Positions 55,875 to 64,000 of a stretch of 64,000 nucleotides of DNA are shown here, piece after piece (position 1 is the stretch's first letter; each line of letters begins with the position of its first letter). The position numbers and the translations under genes were made by a program. The notes below the pieces were generated by a model that made no database searches, was not told the DNA's origin, and saw only the letters and a program-made list of their open reading frames with translations. The DNA lies in the NCBI GenBank assembly GCA_965223375.1, contig OZ245000.1, positions 2,267,092 through 2,331,091 of the forward strand, read 5' to 3'. This stretch comes from Candidatus Rariloculaceae bacterium. Its GTDB lineage: Bacteria > Pseudomonadota > Gammaproteobacteria > Steroidobacterales > Rariloculaceae.

Positions 55875-56576
55875 ATGAACGCGAATCCGATGAAGCTCGT
55901 CGCGGTCGTCGAAGACGAACCGGCGATCAGGGACAATTACGCGGCCGGCCTGCGCCGCCAGGGTTATCGTGTCGCGACCTACGCCAGCCGACCCGACGCG
56001 CTCGCGGCGTTCGAAGCGGCGCTGCCGGATCTCGTCATCATCGACATCAATCTCGGCAGCGAGGTAGAGGGCGGCTTCGAGCTCTGCCGCCAGCTCCGTG
56101 CCCGGTCGGCGAGCCTGCCGATCATTTTTCTGACCGCCCGCGACAGTGAGCTCGACGCCGTGTCCGGACTCCGCCTCGGTGCCGACGACTACCTGACGAA
56201 GCGCATCAGCATCGAGCACATTCTGGCGCGCGTCGCGGCGCTGTTCCGTCGCGTCGACGCACTCAGCGGCCCCCGCGATGCCCCGGCGCTGGTCGAGCGC
56301 GGCCCGCTGACGCTCGACCTCGAATGCCTGACGGCGGCCTGGCAGGGCGACGCCGTCGGGCTGACCGTGACCGAGTTCTGGGTCGTCCATGCGCTAGCCG
56401 AGCGACCGGGCCACGTCCGCAACCGCGACCAACTGATGGCCGCGGCCAACACGGTGCTCGACGACAGCTCGGTCACGTCGCAGATCAAACGAATCCGCCG
56501 CAAATTCCAGGCCATCGCCCCCGACTTCGACGCGATCGAAACCGTCTACGGCATGGGCTACCGCTGGCGCGCCTGA
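55875..56576 (+). CDS. OmpR-family response regulator (receiver plus winged helix), no cognate kinase nearby
   Basis: Receiver motifs (VVEDE, DLVIIDINL, FLTARD, GADDYLTK) and a C-terminal wHTH ending TVYGMGYRW. Confidence 0.9.
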   Translation: MNANPMKLVAVVEDEPAIRDNYAAGLRRQGYRVATYASRPDALAAFEAALPDLVIIDINLGSEVEGGFELCRQLRARSASLPIIFLTARDSELDAVSGLRLGADDYLTKRISIEHILARVAALFRRVDALSGPRDAPALVERGPLTLDLECLTAAWQGDAVGLTVTEFWVVHALAERPGHVRNRDQLMAAANTVLDDSSVTSQIKRIRRKFQAIAPDFDAIETVYGMGYRWRA

Positions 56577-56592
56577 CCCGGGCCCTCGAGAC

Positions 56593-56791
56593 GCCCGCCA
56601 GTCGGGTGAGCGAGGCGCGTCACATGCCGATTCCGGTGACCGTCGGCCGCCAGGGCCGGAACACGCTCCTGCCGTTCCGGCACTTCCGCCATCCATGGCG
56701 GTCGGATGGCGGCCGCGAGCCTACATGGACGTATTCACGGCGTGTCACGGGAATCGGCATGTGACGCGCCTCGCTCACCCGACTGGCGGGC
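56593..56791. repeat. 199-bp element with 48-bp terminal inverted repeats (47/48 complementary) and nested internal hairpins; MITE-like or a structured regulatory element
   Basis: The arms at 56593-56640 and 56744-56791 were checked base by base. The internal complementary pairs are cggccgc/gcggccg, gccggaac/gttccggc and ccgccatcc/ggatggcgg. Confidence 0.85.
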
Positions 56792-56794
56792 AAT

Positions 56795-56824
56795 TTGACG
56801 AAATGTCGAGCACTTATCTATAGT
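56795..56824 (+). promoter_or_regulatory. Putative sigma70 promoter of gltBD (TTGACG-N18-TATAGT)
   Basis: The hexamers were read directly. It sits in an AT-rich patch immediately after the inverted-repeat element and about 160 nt upstream of the gltB ATG. Confidence 0.45.
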
Positions 56825-56983
56825 TTCCGATCGGCTACTGCGCCAGCCTCTGATGTAGGCTCCACCACGACTGCACGGACCGCAGTACGGAAAGCGCGCG
56901 GGCCGGCGACACCGCCGGCATCTGCATTACGCAGCGAGAACAATGAAAAAGCGGGGCGGCGCCGGGCCCCGCCAGGGAAAGCC

Positions 56984-59900
56984 ATGACTCCGGAAAACGA
57001 GACGAAGCGCCATTTTCACGCCCAGCGACCCGGGGCGCGCGGCCTTTATCGCCCGGAGGACGAGCACGACAGCTGCGGCGTCGGCTTCGTCGCGCACATC
57101 AAGGGCGAGCGCAGCCATCAGATCGTGCGCGACGCCGATCATCTGCTGTGCCGGATGGAGCACCGCGGCGCGCGGGGCGCCGAGCCGAACACCGGCGACG
57201 GCAGCGGCATCCTGACGGCCCTGCCATACGAGTTTCTGAGCAAGGCAGCGCGCGAGGCATTCGGCACCGAGCTGCCGGAGCCGGGCCGCTACGCGGCCGG
57301 CAACGTGTTCCTGCCGACCGATGACCAGGAGCGCGAGCACTGCAAGCAGACGGTCGCGGAGCTTTGTGCCGCCGAGGGTCAGACTCTGGTCGGCTGGCGC
57401 AAGGTTCCGGTGCGCGCTAACGATGCGGACCTCGGCAAGGCGGCTCGCGCCTCGGAGCCCGTCATCGAGCAGTTGTTCATCGCGGCGGCCGACGGGCTCG
57501 ACAGCGAGGCGTTCGAGCGCAAGCTCTATCTGATCAGGAAGCAAGCGACACACCGGCTGCGGGGCAGTCAGGAACTGAGGCAGGCGCGCTATTTCTTCGT
57601 CTGCAGCCTGTCGACGAAGGTGATCATCTACAAGGGGATGCTGACCGAGGACCAGCTGCCGAACTATTTCCCGGACCTGCGCGACCCCGATTACAAGAGC
57701 CATCTGGCGATGGTGCACTCGCGGTTCGCGACGAACACGTTTCCGAGCTGGGACCGCGCACAGCCGAATCGCTTCATGTCGCACAACGGCGAAATCAACA
57801 CGCTGCGCGGCAACGTCAACTGGATGAAGGCGCGCGAAGGCGTCATGCGCAGCGACCTGTTCGGCGATGCGCTCGGCAGCCTGTTCCCGGTCGTCGAGCC
57901 CGACACCTCCGACTCCGGTTGCTTCGACAACGTTCTCGAATTCCTGCTGATGACGGGCCGCACGCTGCAGGAAGCCGTCATGATGATGGTGCCGGAGGCC
58001 TGGCAGAAGAACGAGCTGATGGCGCCCGAGAAACGCGCGCTCTACGAATTTCAGTCCTGCATCATGGAGCCGTGGGACGGACCGGCCTCGATCGCATTCA
58101 CCGACGGCAAGTACATCGGCGCCGTGCTCGATCGCAACGGACTGCGCCCGAGCCGTTACTACCTGACGCACGATGACCGCGTAGTGATGGCGAGTGAGGT
58201 CGGCGTCATTCCGATCGACCCCGCCAACGTCAAGTACAAGGGCCGACTGCAACCGGGCAAGATGTTCCTCGTCGACTTCGAAGAGGGCCGGCTGGTACCG
58301 GACGAGGAGCTCAAGTCTGCGTTCTCTGCGCGCCACCCTTACGCCGACTGGCTCGGGGAACAGCGCCTGACGCTGAGCGGCCTCGACCCGGAAGCACCGC
58401 GCAGGCAAAGCGACCGCAGCACGCTGCTCGCCCGCATGCAGGCCTTCGGGTATACCGCGGAGACGCTGCAGTTCATGCTGCTGCCGCTGATCCGCGAGCT
58501 GCGCGACCCGGTCGGCTCGATGGGCAACGACAGCGCTCTGGCCTGTCTGAGCGACCAGCCGCGGATGGTTTACGACTACTTCAAGCAACTGTTCGCGCAG
58601 GTGACGAATCCGCCGATCGACTCGATCCGCGAAGAGATCATCATGTCGCTCGAGTGCTATATCGGCCCGGAGGGAAATCTGCTCGAGTCGACGCCTGCGC
58701 ACGCCCACCGCCTGAGGATGCGTCACCCGATACTGACGAACGAGGACGTGGATGCGCTGAAGGAGATCGATCATCGCGGCTGGAAGTCGAGCGTCATCGA
58801 CATCACGTTCCCGCGCAGCGAGCCGGAGGGCGCGCTCGTCACGGCACTGGAAAGGATCTGCGGCGAGGCGGAAGCCGCCATCGACAACGGCGACAGCCTG
58901 ATCATCCTTTCCGACCGGGAGATCGGCGCCGACCGGATCGCAGTCAGCGCGCTGCTCGCGTGCGGCGCGGTGCATCATCATCTGGTCGCGCGGGCGAAGC
59001 GCACGCGTATCGGTATCGTCATCGAGACCGGTGAAGCCCGCGAGGTGCATCACCATTGTCTGCTGATCGGCTACGGCGCGGACGCAATCAATCCCTACGT
59101 TGCCTTCGAGGCACTCTGGCAGGCGCGCGACGAAGGGTTGGTCGATACGGAAACGCGGCTCGTCGACAGCTACCGCAAGGCCGTCGCCAAGGGCATGCTG
59201 AAAGTCATGGCGAAGATGGGAATCTCGACGCTGCAGTCGTACAAGGGCGCGCAGATCTTCGAGGCCCTGGGCCTGGCCGACGACGTGGTCAGCCGCTGTT
59301 TCGCCGGCACCGCTAGCCGACTGCAGGGCGTCAACTTCCGAATTCTCGAGCAGGAGATCAGACGCCGGCATGCGCTCGGGTTCCCGGACCGCGAAGAAGA
59401 CCGCCTCGAGTCGCTCCCGAACCCCGGCGAATTCCACTGGCGAAGCGCCGGCGAGCGGCACGCGTGGGAGCCGAAAGCGATTTTCTCACTGCAGGTGGCA
59501 GCGCGGCGCAACAACCGTGAGGCCTATCGCGAGTTTGCGAAGACCGTCAACAAGCAGGCGCGCGAGAGCTGCACGCTGCGGGGCCTGCTCGACTTCCGAC
59601 CCGGCGTCGGCGGCGATCCGCTCGATATCGACGAGGTCGAACCCGCCGCCGAGATCGTCAAGCGGTTCTGCACCGGTGCGATGAGCTACGGCTCGATCTC
59701 GGCCGAGTCGCACGAAGCGCTCGCAATAGCGATGAACAAGCTCGAGGGCCGCAGCAACACGGGCGAGGGCGGCGAAGATCCGCGCCGCTTCGTGCCGGCG
59801 CCCGACGGCACGTCGCGCCGATCGGCGATCAAGCAGATCGCGTCCGGGCGATTCGGCGTCACGGCCTGGTACCTGACGAATGCCGACGAGCTGCAGATCA

Positions 59901-61603
59901 AGATGGCACAGGGGGCCAAACCGGGTGAAGGCGGGGAGCTGCCCGGCCGCAAGGTCGACGAGATCATTGCGAGCGTGCGCTACTCGACGCCGGGCGTCGG
60001 GCTGATCAGCCCGCCACCGCATCACGACATCTATTCGATCGAGGATCTCGCCCAGCTGATTCACGATCTGAAGAATGCGAACCCGGCCGCGCGTGTCAGC
60101 GTGAAGCTCGTTTCCGAAGTCGGTGTCGGCACGATTGCATCGGGTGTGGTCAAGGCCCACGCCGACCACGTGCTGATTTCCGGCGACTCCGGCGGCACGG
60201 GCGCATCGCCGCTCACCAGCATCAAACATGCGGGCCTCCCATGGGAGCTCGGGATCGCCGAAACGCACCAGACGCTCGTGATGAACGACCTGCGTTCGCG
60301 CGCCGTGCTGCAGACGGATGGCGGCCTGAAAACCGGCCGCGATGTCGTGATCGCCGCGCTGCTCGGCGCCGAGGAGATGGGGTTCTCGACCGCGCCGCTG
60401 ATTGCGCTCGGGTGCATCATGATGCGCAAGTGCCATCTGAATACCTGCCCGGTCGGCATCGCGACACAGGACCCGGTGCTGCGCGAAAAGTTTGCCGGCC
60501 AGCCCGAGCACGTCGTGAACTATCTGTTCATGGTCGCCGAGGAAGCGCGCGAGATCATGGCGAGCCTCGGGTTCCGGCGCATCATCGACATGATCGGCCG
60601 CACCGATGCGCTCGAAGCGTCGAAGGCAATCGACCACTGGAAAGCGGACGGCCTGGACCTGACGCCGATGCTGACACCCGCGCGGAAGCCGTACGACAGA
60701 GCGGATGTCTACTGCACCCGCGACCAGGACCACGGCCTCGATTTCGCGCTCGACAACAAGCTGATCCGGCTCGCAAAGCCATCGCTCGAGGACTCCTCGG
60801 TGCGCACGGAGGAAGAGCTGCCGATCGTCAACACGAACCGGACGGTCGGGACGATGCTGAGCCACCAGCTCGTGAAGAAGTGGGGCGAGCAGGGCCTGAA
60901 GCCCGATTCGATTCATTTCCGTTTCACGGGCTCGGCCGGCCAGAGCTTCGGCGCGTTTCTCGCCCGCGGCGTCACGCTCGAGCTCGAGGGCGACAGCAAC
61001 GACTATGTCGGCAAGGGCTTGTCCGGTGGCTCGATCATCATCTATCCGCCTGCAGAGAGCACGTTCGCGGCCGAGGAGAACATCATCATCGGCAACGTTG
61101 CGCTGTATGGCGCCACCGGCGGCCGGGCGTTCTTCCGCGGTCAGAGCGCCGAGCGCTTCTGTGTGCGTAACAGCGGCGCGCAGGCCGTCGTCGAGGGGGT
61201 CGGCGATCACGCCTGCGAATACATGACCGGCGGCCGGGCGGTGATCCTCGGCCCAACGGGCCTCAACTTCGGTGCCGGCATGTCCGGCGGCATCGCTTAC
61301 GTCTGGGATCGCTCAGGCGATTTCTCGGCCAGGTGCAACCTCGGCACGATCGATCTCGACAGGGTCGAGGACGACGAGGACATCGCCGAGCTCCGCGAGC
61401 TGATCGACCAGCACGGACAGCTGACCGGGTCCACGGTCGCGGCGGAAGTGCTCGATCAGTGGCCCGAGGTGCTCGAGCAGTTCGTCAAGGTCATGCCCGT
61501 CGACTACAAGCGCGTTCTTGCCGAGCGGAAGCGACACGACGAAGAAATGGAGTCCGAGGTTCACGACGAAGCGACGGCGACGCTCGCTGCCCTCAAGCCC
61601 TGA
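56984..61603 (+). CDS. gltB: Glutamate synthase (NADPH) large subunit
   Basis: The start is taken at the ATG at 56984 ([11 protein letters not shown]...), just before the Ntn amidotransferase Cys ([14 protein letters not shown]). FMN/Fe-S and GXGXG-domain motifs occur throughout. Confidence 0.96.
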   Translation: MTPENETKRHFHAQRPGARGLYRPEDEHDSCGVGFVAHIKGERSHQIVRDADHLLCRMEHRGARGAEPNTGDGSGILTALPYEFLSKAAREAFGTELPEPGRYAAGNVFLPTDDQEREHCKQTVAELCAAEGQTLVGWRKVPVRANDADLGKAARASEPVIEQLFIAAADGLDSEAFERKLYLIRKQATHRLRGSQELRQARYFFVCSLSTKVIIYKGMLTEDQLPNYFPDLRDPDYKSHLAMVHSRFATNTFPSWDRAQPNRFMSHNGEINTLRGNVNWMKAREGVMRSDLFGDALGSLFPVVEPDTSDSGCFDNVLEFLLMTGRTLQEAVMMMVPEAWQKNELMAPEKRALYEFQSCIMEPWDGPASIAFTDGKYIGAVLDRNGLRPSRYYLTHDDRVVMASEVGVIPIDPANVKYKGRLQPGKMFLVDFEEGRLVPDEELKSAFSARHPYADWLGEQRLTLSGLDPEAPRRQSDRSTLLARMQAFGYTAETLQFMLLPLIRELRDPVGSMGNDSALACLSDQPRMVYDYFKQLFAQVTNPPIDSIREEIIMSLECYIGPEGNLLESTPAHAHRLRMRHPILTNEDVDALKEIDHRGWKSSVIDITFPRSEPEGALVTALERICGEAEAAIDNGDSLIILSDREIGADRIAVSALLACGAVHHHLVARAKRTRIGIVIETGEAREVHHHCLLIGYGADAINPYVAFEALWQARDEGLVDTETRLVDSYRKAVAKGMLKVMAKMGISTLQSYKGAQIFEALGLADDVVSRCFAGTASRLQGVNFRILEQEIRRRHALGFPDREEDRLESLPNPGEFHWRSAGERHAWEPKAIFSLQVAARRNNREAYREFAKTVNKQARESCTLRGLLDFRPGVGGDPLDIDEVEPAAEIVKRFCTGAMSYGSISAESHEALAIAMNKLEGRSNTGEGGEDPRRFVPAPDGTSRRSAIKQIASGRFGVTAWYLTNADELQIKMAQGAKPGEGGELPGRKVDEIIASVRYSTPGVGLISPPPHHDIYSIEDLAQLIHDLKNANPAARVSVKLVSEVGVGTIASGVVKAHADHVLISGDSGGTGASPLTSIKHAGLPWELGIAETHQTLVMNDLRSRAVLQTDGGLKTGRDVVIAALLGAEEMGFSTAPLIALGCIMMRKCHLNTCPVGIATQDPVLREKFAGQPEHVVNYLFMVAEEAREIMASLGFRRIIDMIGRTDALEASKAIDHWKADGLDLTPMLTPARKPYDRADVYCTRDQDHGLDFALDNKLIRLAKPSLEDSSVRTEEELPIVNTNRTVGTMLSHQLVKKWGEQGLKPDSIHFRFTGSAGQSFGAFLARGVTLELEGDSNDYVGKGLSGGSIIIYPPAESTFAAEENIIIGNVALYGATGGRAFFRGQSAERFCVRNSGAQAVVEGVGDHACEYMTGGRAVILGPTGLNFGAGMSGGIAYVWDRSGDFSARCNLGTIDLDRVEDDEDIAELRELIDQHGQLTGSTVAAEVLDQWPEVLEQFVKVMPVDYKRVLAERKRHDEEMESEVHDEATATLAALKP

Positions 61604-61623
61604 ACAGACCAGCGAGTACGACT

Positions 61624-63117
61624 ATGGGTAAGCCCACCGGTTTCATGGAATTCACGCGCAAGGTCGTTCCGTATCGCGACGCGGCCGAGCGCATCGGCGA
61701 TTTCGGCGAGATCTATACCGCCCCGGACGAAGACAAGCTCCGCGAGCAGGGCGCCCGCTGCATGGACTGCGGCGTGCCTTTCTGCCAGTCGAACGACGGC
61801 TGCCCGATCGACAACCTGATCCCGGAGTGGAACGACCTCGTTTATCAGGACCGCTGGCGGGAAGCCCTCGATCGCCTGCAGAAGACGAACAATTTTCCCG
61901 AGTTCACCGGCCGCGCCTGCCCGGCGCCATGCGAAGGCGCCTGCGTGCTCGGCATCACCGATCCGGCCGTTACGATCAAGAACATCGAGAACGCGATCAT
62001 CGACCGCGGGTTCGCCGAGGGCTGGGTGCATGCCCAGGTGCCGACGGCCCGCACCGGCAAGCGCGTCGCGATCGTCGGGTCCGGTCCGGCGGGCCTCGCG
62101 GCAGCCGATCAGCTCAACAAGTCCGGCCACACCGTCACGGTCTTCGAGCGGGAGGACAGGATCGGCGGTCTGCTGATGTACGGCATTCCGAACATGAAAC
62201 TCGACAAGCAAATCGTCGACCGGCGCGTCGACCTGCTGCGGCAATCCGGGATCGAGTTCCGCACGAACGCGGACGTGGGCAAGGACATCGATGTCGCGGA
62301 GCTGCGTACGGATTACGATGCGTTGTTGCTCGCGACCGGAGCTACCCTGCCGAGGGATCTGCCGATTCCGGGGCGTGAGCTGAACGGCGTCCACTTCGCG
62401 ATGGAGTTTCTGACCGCAAACACGAAGAGCTTTCTCGACAGCGGGCTCGACGACGGCAATTACATCGACGCGAAGGGCAAGAAAGTCATCGTCATCGGCG
62501 GCGGTGACACCGGTGCCGACTGTATCGGCACGGCGCTCCGGCACGGCTGTGAATCGGTCGTCAACTTCGAGTTGCTCGATGAACCGCCGCCGAACCGGGC
62601 ACCGGACAACCCATGGCCGGCGTGGCCGAAAATTCTTCGCACCGATTACGCGCACGAGGAAACCATCGCGCGCGACGGCTCCGATCCGCGCACGTATACC
62701 GTGCTGTCCGAACGCTTCATCGACAACGACTTAGGCACTGTGCGCGGCGTGGAGACGGTCAGGGTCCGCTGGTCGCTGCGTGACGGCAAGCCGAAGATGG
62801 TGAAGCGCAAGAACAGTACGGAGTCATTCGACGCCGATCTCGTTCTGCTGGCGATGGGCTTCCTCGGTCCGGAAACCTACGTGTCCGAGCCGCTCGGTAT
62901 CGAGCTCGACTCGCGTGGCAACTACAAGGCGGCGCACGGCGATTTCGCTACGTCGGTCGACGGCGTGTTCGCCGCCGGCGACTGTCGCCGCGGCCAGTCG
63001 CTGGTCGTCTGGGGTATCAACGAGGGCCGCGGTGCCGCTCGCGCAATCGACCTTTACCTGCGCGGCACGAGCCGCCTCCCCGCTCCGAAGATCTCGCTCG
63101 GTCTGGCGCTGCGCTGA
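61624..63117 (+). CDS. gltD: Glutamate synthase (NADPH) small subunit
   Basis: The ATG at 61624 begins [10 protein letters not shown]. Contains Fe-S Cys clusters ([18 protein letters not shown]) and the dinucleotide folds [14 protein letters not shown] and [13 protein letters not shown]. Confidence 0.95.
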   Translation: MGKPTGFMEFTRKVVPYRDAAERIGDFGEIYTAPDEDKLREQGARCMDCGVPFCQSNDGCPIDNLIPEWNDLVYQDRWREALDRLQKTNNFPEFTGRACPAPCEGACVLGITDPAVTIKNIENAIIDRGFAEGWVHAQVPTARTGKRVAIVGSGPAGLAAADQLNKSGHTVTVFEREDRIGGLLMYGIPNMKLDKQIVDRRVDLLRQSGIEFRTNADVGKDIDVAELRTDYDALLLATGATLPRDLPIPGRELNGVHFAMEFLTANTKSFLDSGLDDGNYIDAKGKKVIVIGGGDTGADCIGTALRHGCESVVNFELLDEPPPNRAPDNPWPAWPKILRTDYAHEETIARDGSDPRTYTVLSERFIDNDLGTVRGVETVRVRWSLRDGKPKMVKRKNSTESFDADLVLLAMGFLGPETYVSEPLGIELDSRGNYKAAHGDFATSVDGVFAAGDCRRGQSLVVWGINEGRGAARAIDLYLRGTSRLPAPKISLGLALR

Positions 63118-63259
63118 AGTCTGACCGCTGCGCAGAAGCATCGCTTCCGCGTCGACAAGGCATCGTTATCCTGCTAAAGAGCCCGCTGGGCGCGCAGCGC
63201 GGCGCTGGCGGCACTCGTCACGGTCGGCCGGTGCGGCAGCCTGCCGCCGGAGCGCGCAG

Positions 63260-64000
63260 TCAGCGACGCCCGCGAACGAGCGCGTGCAGCATCATCAGGA
63301 CACCCAGCCCGAGCAGGCTCCCGCCGACGGCCGGGTGTGCGGGCGCATCGAGCGCCATCGACAGCACGCCGACGACTGCAAGGACCGGTCCGGCCACGAG
63401 CCTCGGATCGAGCGCCGGTGTCGACGGGCGATCGGTCTCTTCCGGCGGCGGGCCCTGACGTTGCTCGGCAACCCAGCGATGCAGGAGCTCCGGCACAGCC
63501 ATCAGGTCGTCGCTTATCTCGGGCCACGCCTCGCGCAGCCGCCGCAGGTGAGCCGCCGGGCTGTGCCGATCGGCCATCCAGCGCTCGAGTATCGGCTGCG
63601 CGGTCGCCCAGAGATCGAGCTCCGGATAGAGCGACCGGCCGAGGCCTTCGATCGCGAACAGCGTCTTCTGCAGCAGCAGCAACTGCGGCTGAACCTCCAT
63701 ATCGAAACGCCGCGCAGTCTCAAAGAGCCGCATCAGCACGACGCCGAATGAGATTTCCTTCAGCGGCTTGTCGAAGATCGGCTCGCAAACCGTTCGAATT
63801 GACGCTTCGAGCTCATCCACCCGCGTCCCGGCCGGCACCCAGCCCGAATCGACGTGCAGCACCGCGACCCGATGGTAGTCGCGCCGGAAGAACGCGAGGA
63901 AGTTGCCGGCCAGATAGCGCTGATCGTCACCGGTCAGGCTGCCCATGACGCCGAAGTCCACTGCCATATACCGCGGCTGCCCGGGATTGGAGACGTCGAC
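63260..64000 (-). CDS. ubiB: UbiB (ABC1/ADCK-type) ubiquinone biosynthesis protein kinase, C-terminal part (5' end outside the window)
   Basis: The frame is open to base 64000. The segment [42 protein letters not shown] is typical of UbiB. The C-terminus has TM helices. Confidence 0.9.
   Translation of the reverse strand, partial: VDVSNPGQPRYMAVDFGVMGSLTGDDQRYLAGNFLAFFRRDYHRVAVLHVDSGWVPAGTRVDELEASIRTVCEPIFDKPLKEISFGVVLMRLFETARRFDMEVQPQLLLLQKTLFAIEGLGRSLYPELDLWATAQPILERWMADRHSPAAHLRRLREAWPEISDDLMAVPELLHRWVAEQRQGPPPEETDRPSTPALDPRLVAGPVLAVVGVLSMALDAPAHPAVGGSLLGLGVLMMLHALVRGRR

Noticed and set aside
56625-56765. The 46-codon ORF (MPIPVTVGRQ...) inside the inverted-repeat element
   Set aside because: Its ATG and its stop both fall within the symmetric arms (the CATG palindrome). 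It has no ribosome-binding site and has an Arg/Gly/Pro-rich composition. It is most likely a by-product of the repeat symmetry.
56795-56983. The 63-codon N-terminal extension of the gltB ORF
   Set aside because: The extension begins at a non-ATG codon inside the putative promoter and has no similarity to GltB. The conserved amidotransferase Cys follows shortly after the ATG at 56984.
56927-61210. The long minus-strand ORFs 56927..59461 (844 aa) and 59486..61210 (574 aa)
   Set aside because: They are antisense to gltB and have Arg/Ala/Asp-rich low-complexity translations. These are shadow ORFs.
1-64000. A search by eye for tRNA, rRNA, CRISPR arrays, transposases, integrases, phage genes and toxin-antitoxin or known defence-system genes
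   Set aside because: I recognised none. The intergenic gaps longer than 100 bp (around 17.4, 23.9, 24.9, 53.3 and 56.6 kb) lack tRNA-like cloverleaf features. This is an unaided visual inspection, so small RNAs could have been missed.

Overview
This is a GC-rich bacterial chromosomal segment (about two-thirds G+C by eye, not computed). I call about 55 protein-coding genes. I saw no rRNA, tRNA, CRISPR array, transposase, integrase or phage gene.

The right part (about 37.9-64 kb) is conserved housekeeping DNA: trmB, ampG, xthA, pyrE, dut, coaBC, radC, rpmB-rpmG, mutM, ggt, coaD, rsmD, ftsYEX, rpoH, gltBD and ubiB. That gene order is typical of a gammaproteobacterium.

The left part (about 0.7-37 kb) looks accessory and is rich in proteins of unknown function:
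- Two winged-helix/TPR regulators, each next to a small secreted protein, flank an MBOAT/SGNH-like acyltransferase pair.
- A peptide-type ABC importer operon.
- A translationally coupled DUF899-DUF1330 pair.
- A translationally coupled operon of a CPA1 antiporter, a DUF5996-like protein and a Rieske::TPP-enzyme fusion.
- An operon of a single-CXXCH protein and a TLC-like transporter.
- An operon of a signal-peptide ankyrin protein, a DUF1592-family protein and a DUF1552 protein, next to a Cys-rich secreted protein.

Several non-coding structures stand out:
- An 8-bp tandem repeat (about 11.6 copies) in a regulator promoter region.
- A 42-48-bp tandem element.
- A 15-bp x4 repeat.
- Two 27-bp-period repeats.
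- A 27-bp perfect palindrome overlapping a sigmaE-like promoter upstream of rpoH.
- A 199-bp element with 48-bp terminal inverted repeats directly upstream of the gltB promoter.

Many long ORFs in the supplied track are antisense or out-of-frame shadows typical of GC-rich DNA, and I rejected them. All family assignments rest on motifs read by eye and on recall. No database search was run.
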